Shown: piece after piece, positions 61,405-64,000 of the stretch
Numbering within the stretch: the stretch's first letter is position 1
How the letters are laid out: each line of letters begins with the position of its first letter
DNA from: Bdellovibrionales bacterium
GTDB lineage: Bacteria > Bdellovibrionota > Bdellovibrionia > Bdellovibrionales > JAUICD01
Length of the DNA: 64,000 bases
NCBI GenBank assembly: GCA_965262715.1
Contig: OZ253553.1
Coordinates: forward strand, 384,001-448,000
Direction of reading: 5' to 3'
The notes under the pieces: generated by a model
What the model was told of the DNA's origin: nothing
Seen by the model: only the letters and a program-made list of their open reading frames with translations
Database searches by the model: none
Made by a program: the position numbers and the translations under genes

Positions 61405-62837
61405 ATGATGAAGAAGCAAAAAATAAAAATCAACAAGTGTTATAAATCCTTAGTTTTTATAACAGTAATAAGTTTAAGCTTTTATTTATCTGCCAAAAAT
61501 GTACATGCAGCAGATGAAAATGCAGATAGAGCAAATGAATGTGAAAATGCTTTAATAAGTGTGCCATCAATATTAAAACCAGTTGGCGCATCAAATAATA
61601 CAGAAGTAATAGAGACTTCTACAATTGATATTCCTGGTGTTATGAAAGGTATATTTTCTTTTCCTATAGATGCTGAACGGAAGAAACAAATTGAAGTTGA
61701 GTATAGATTTGGTGACATTGATGATATATATTTTATTTCTCGAGTAAATCTCAAATTTTTGAAAAAGATTCTTGATGCGATGCCAGCGGTTCTCCTGGAT
61801 AAAGTGGATAAAATAACTATTTTATTCAGAAGAGCTATATTTCGACCTCCACTGGTGATATTCGGAAGCACTCCTAATAAAGAAGAAGGATCACAATTAG
61901 AGGAAGCTCAAGATAAGTTTCTGGCTAATGAAATAGCTCTTGTTATCCCTTATTTTCCTCAAGCTCATGAGAGTGCTGCTTTTAATACCTTCTACAGTTT
62001 TCTTATCTATCAAATGCGATATCAACTAGGACATATTATGGCTTATCATAGATATGGAGATATAATTCCTGGCCATGAGTGGCGTGATGCTATTCTAAGA
62101 GATAATAAGAATCTTTCTAGTGATGCAGATGTAGCAGAAGATAATGAGAATGCTCCTAGTGATATAGATATAGCAAAAGATTTTGCTAGTACTATGGAGC
62201 TTTATTTAAAGACCTATGCAGGGCTTGATCATCCAGACATTACAAGAAAGTATGCTCGTCGCTTTGAAATTTTGGATGAGATTATGGGCTTAGATATTTA
62301 TCAAAGAGCAAAAATTATTGAAAGAAATCTTTTCATTGAAAGGCAACTCTATGAAATACGATGATTTACTCAAACAATTGGGCATAATTAATGATGAAGG
62401 TGTGGTATGAGGGTATAAATGAAGATACCCCTAGAGCAATAAAAGCCTTCTTACTAAGAGACCCTAATAGTTTGAGAATGATGAGAAGATTAGCAGATAA
62501 GGCACTTACTTTACAGAACAATGGACAACTGAATTTTACTTCAGTAGAGGCATCTTCAGTAAGAGAAAATTTAATAAGAAGATTAGTTTGGCCTGGTCTA
62601 CTCCTTATACCTATATCTCAAAGTGATGAGGCGAACACACCTCAATTTATTACAGACACTGTTGACTTGCTAGACACACTTTCTACTTCTGAAATAGCAC
62701 ATCGTCTTTATATCTTTAACGAAGCTATTAAATTCATATTCATAGAGCAGCAAATCAATAATCGATCTTTATTAAATCAAGAAAGTTATATTATTTTTGA
62801 TAGAGCCATTAAGGAAGTTCAAAACAGAGCAGAATGA
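61405..62837 (+). pseudogene. Zincin-like paralog 4 (YQLGH), split into 61405-62364 and 62391-62837
   Basis: Frameshift near 62360 (alternative frame DLLKQLGIINDEGVV matches paralog 2); second ORF is the C-terminal domain. Confidence 0.8.
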
Positions 62838-62918
62838 ACTTTTTATAAGCAACATCTCTTCACCTATAGTCTGCGTATAAATTTTAGGCTCACTGCTTCT
62901 GGTCTGTTAAAATAATTT

Positions 62919-63821
62919 CTAATGTTTATTTTTTATAAGTTGAAATAATGTGGTAGGTCTATCTGTTATAATGCCATCAACACCAAGCTCAATTAACCGC
63001 TGCATATCCTTTCGTTCATTAATTGTCCATACAAATACAGGTTTTTCTCTACGGTGCATTTCCTTTAAGAGTCTTTTAGATAGTACGGGTATAAACATGC
63101 TGACTTCAGGAATAGAGTAGATATCAGCGTTCATAGGATCAATAGGTTCTAAAAACATATTTAATAAGATCAATGATTTGTATATTTCAGTAGGTGTCAC
63201 CAGGAATATCCAATCTCTTCGAGATCTCATATAATCTATAGCCTGATGAGAATAACTGGCTATAGCAATATATTCAAAGGCTTTAAATTCTTCAATGACA
63301 TCTATAAGCTTTTGAGCAGCTTTAGTGGAAAGAGATTTTAATTCAATAATCATTTTTTGACGAGGGTATCTTTCCAGCACTTGTCTTAAAGAAGGTATTC
63401 GAATGCCTTGAGATCGATAAATATATTTGTCTTCGTCATTTTGGTAATGCCAACCAGCATCTAATTTTTGTAGTTGTTTTAGAGTCATGTTGGCAACGGT
63501 ACCTTGACCGTTTGTTGTTCTGTCTACTGTATCATCATGGATAACAACCAAGTGATCATCTTTTGTCAGATGTATATCCATTTCTAAAATAAAATGAGGG
63601 GATATCTTAATGGCCTGATCAAAAGCTATCAAAGTATTTTCTGGAGCTTCTAGTGCGCCTCCTCTATGGGCAATCATTTCAATAGAATTTCTTTTAAACT
63701 GATGATAGGAAGCTTTGTGCTTTATTTGAAATCCAAAATGTCTGATGATAATGATCACAACAGTAAAGAAAATAAGAACTCCAGTAAGGAGTAGAAAGAA
63801 TTTTAATAATGTCTTTTTCAC
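62919..63821 (-). CDS. Glycerophosphodiester phosphodiesterase (GDPD)
   Basis: IAHRGG...PENTL, EMDIHLTKD...VIHD, IELK, VWTIN, GVDGIITDRP. Confidence 0.95.
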   Translation of the reverse strand: MKKTLLKFFLLLTGVLIFFTVVIIIIRHFGFQIKHKASYHQFKRNSIEMIAHRGGALEAPENTLIAFDQAIKISPHFILEMDIHLTKDDHLVVIHDDTVDRTTNGQGTVANMTLKQLQKLDAGWHYQNDEDKYIYRSQGIRIPSLRQVLERYPRQKMIIELKSLSTKAAQKLIDVIEEFKAFEYIAIASYSHQAIDYMRSRRDWIFLVTPTEIYKSLILLNMFLEPIDPMNADIYSIPEVSMFIPVLSKRLLKEMHRREKPVFVWTINERKDMQRLIELGVDGIITDRPTTLFQLIKNKH

Positions 63822-64000
63822 GTATCTCTCAAATATAAATTAGGAATTGTTTGTATGCTTCTATTATCTTAATTATAAGATTCATAATAAAAAATAAGAA
63901 TGTAAAAAAAATAACGCATCGCATGCTATCTTTATGACAGTCCCACAGCTAGCTTAAATACAGTGAATTTCAAGTGGTTTTAAGATTTCGCCTATTTTTT

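Overview
AT-rich bacterial chromosome segment, probably Bdellovibrionota. This is inferred from the FQNC-type lipoprotein signal, the REC-DnaJ-TPR protein, the RDD+rhomboid pair and the Gly-rich secreted proteins. Housekeeping genes (asd, rluB-like, 2Fe-2S ferredoxin, trxA, Slt, PduO-type adenosyltransferase, ResB-like, GDPD) alternate with secreted and lipoprotein genes, several of them frameshifted. Mobile DNA is abundant: three intact IS30 copies with 3-bp TSDs, one IS256, one IS1634 with a 251-bp target duplication, and an IS903-like MITE with a 9-bp TSD. Most notable observations: (1) a family of ~150-bp nested-hairpin elements with compensatory base changes that forms tandem and nested arrays at gene 3' ends; (2) orphan copies of the last 16-22 codons of asd and resB that differ mostly at synonymous sites, suggesting accretion of DNA from related alleles at gene 3' ends; (3) a second covarying hairpin family also carried inside IS30; (4) a four-helix-bundle (Avd/IVP-like) gene cassette between direct repeats, associated with 8-9-bp periodic GC-rich repeats; (5) an expanded family of secreted zincin-like proteins in which HExxH has become HKxxH/YQxxH and whose C-terminal domain is repeatedly detached. 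No rRNA, tRNA, CRISPR array or reverse transcriptase was seen.
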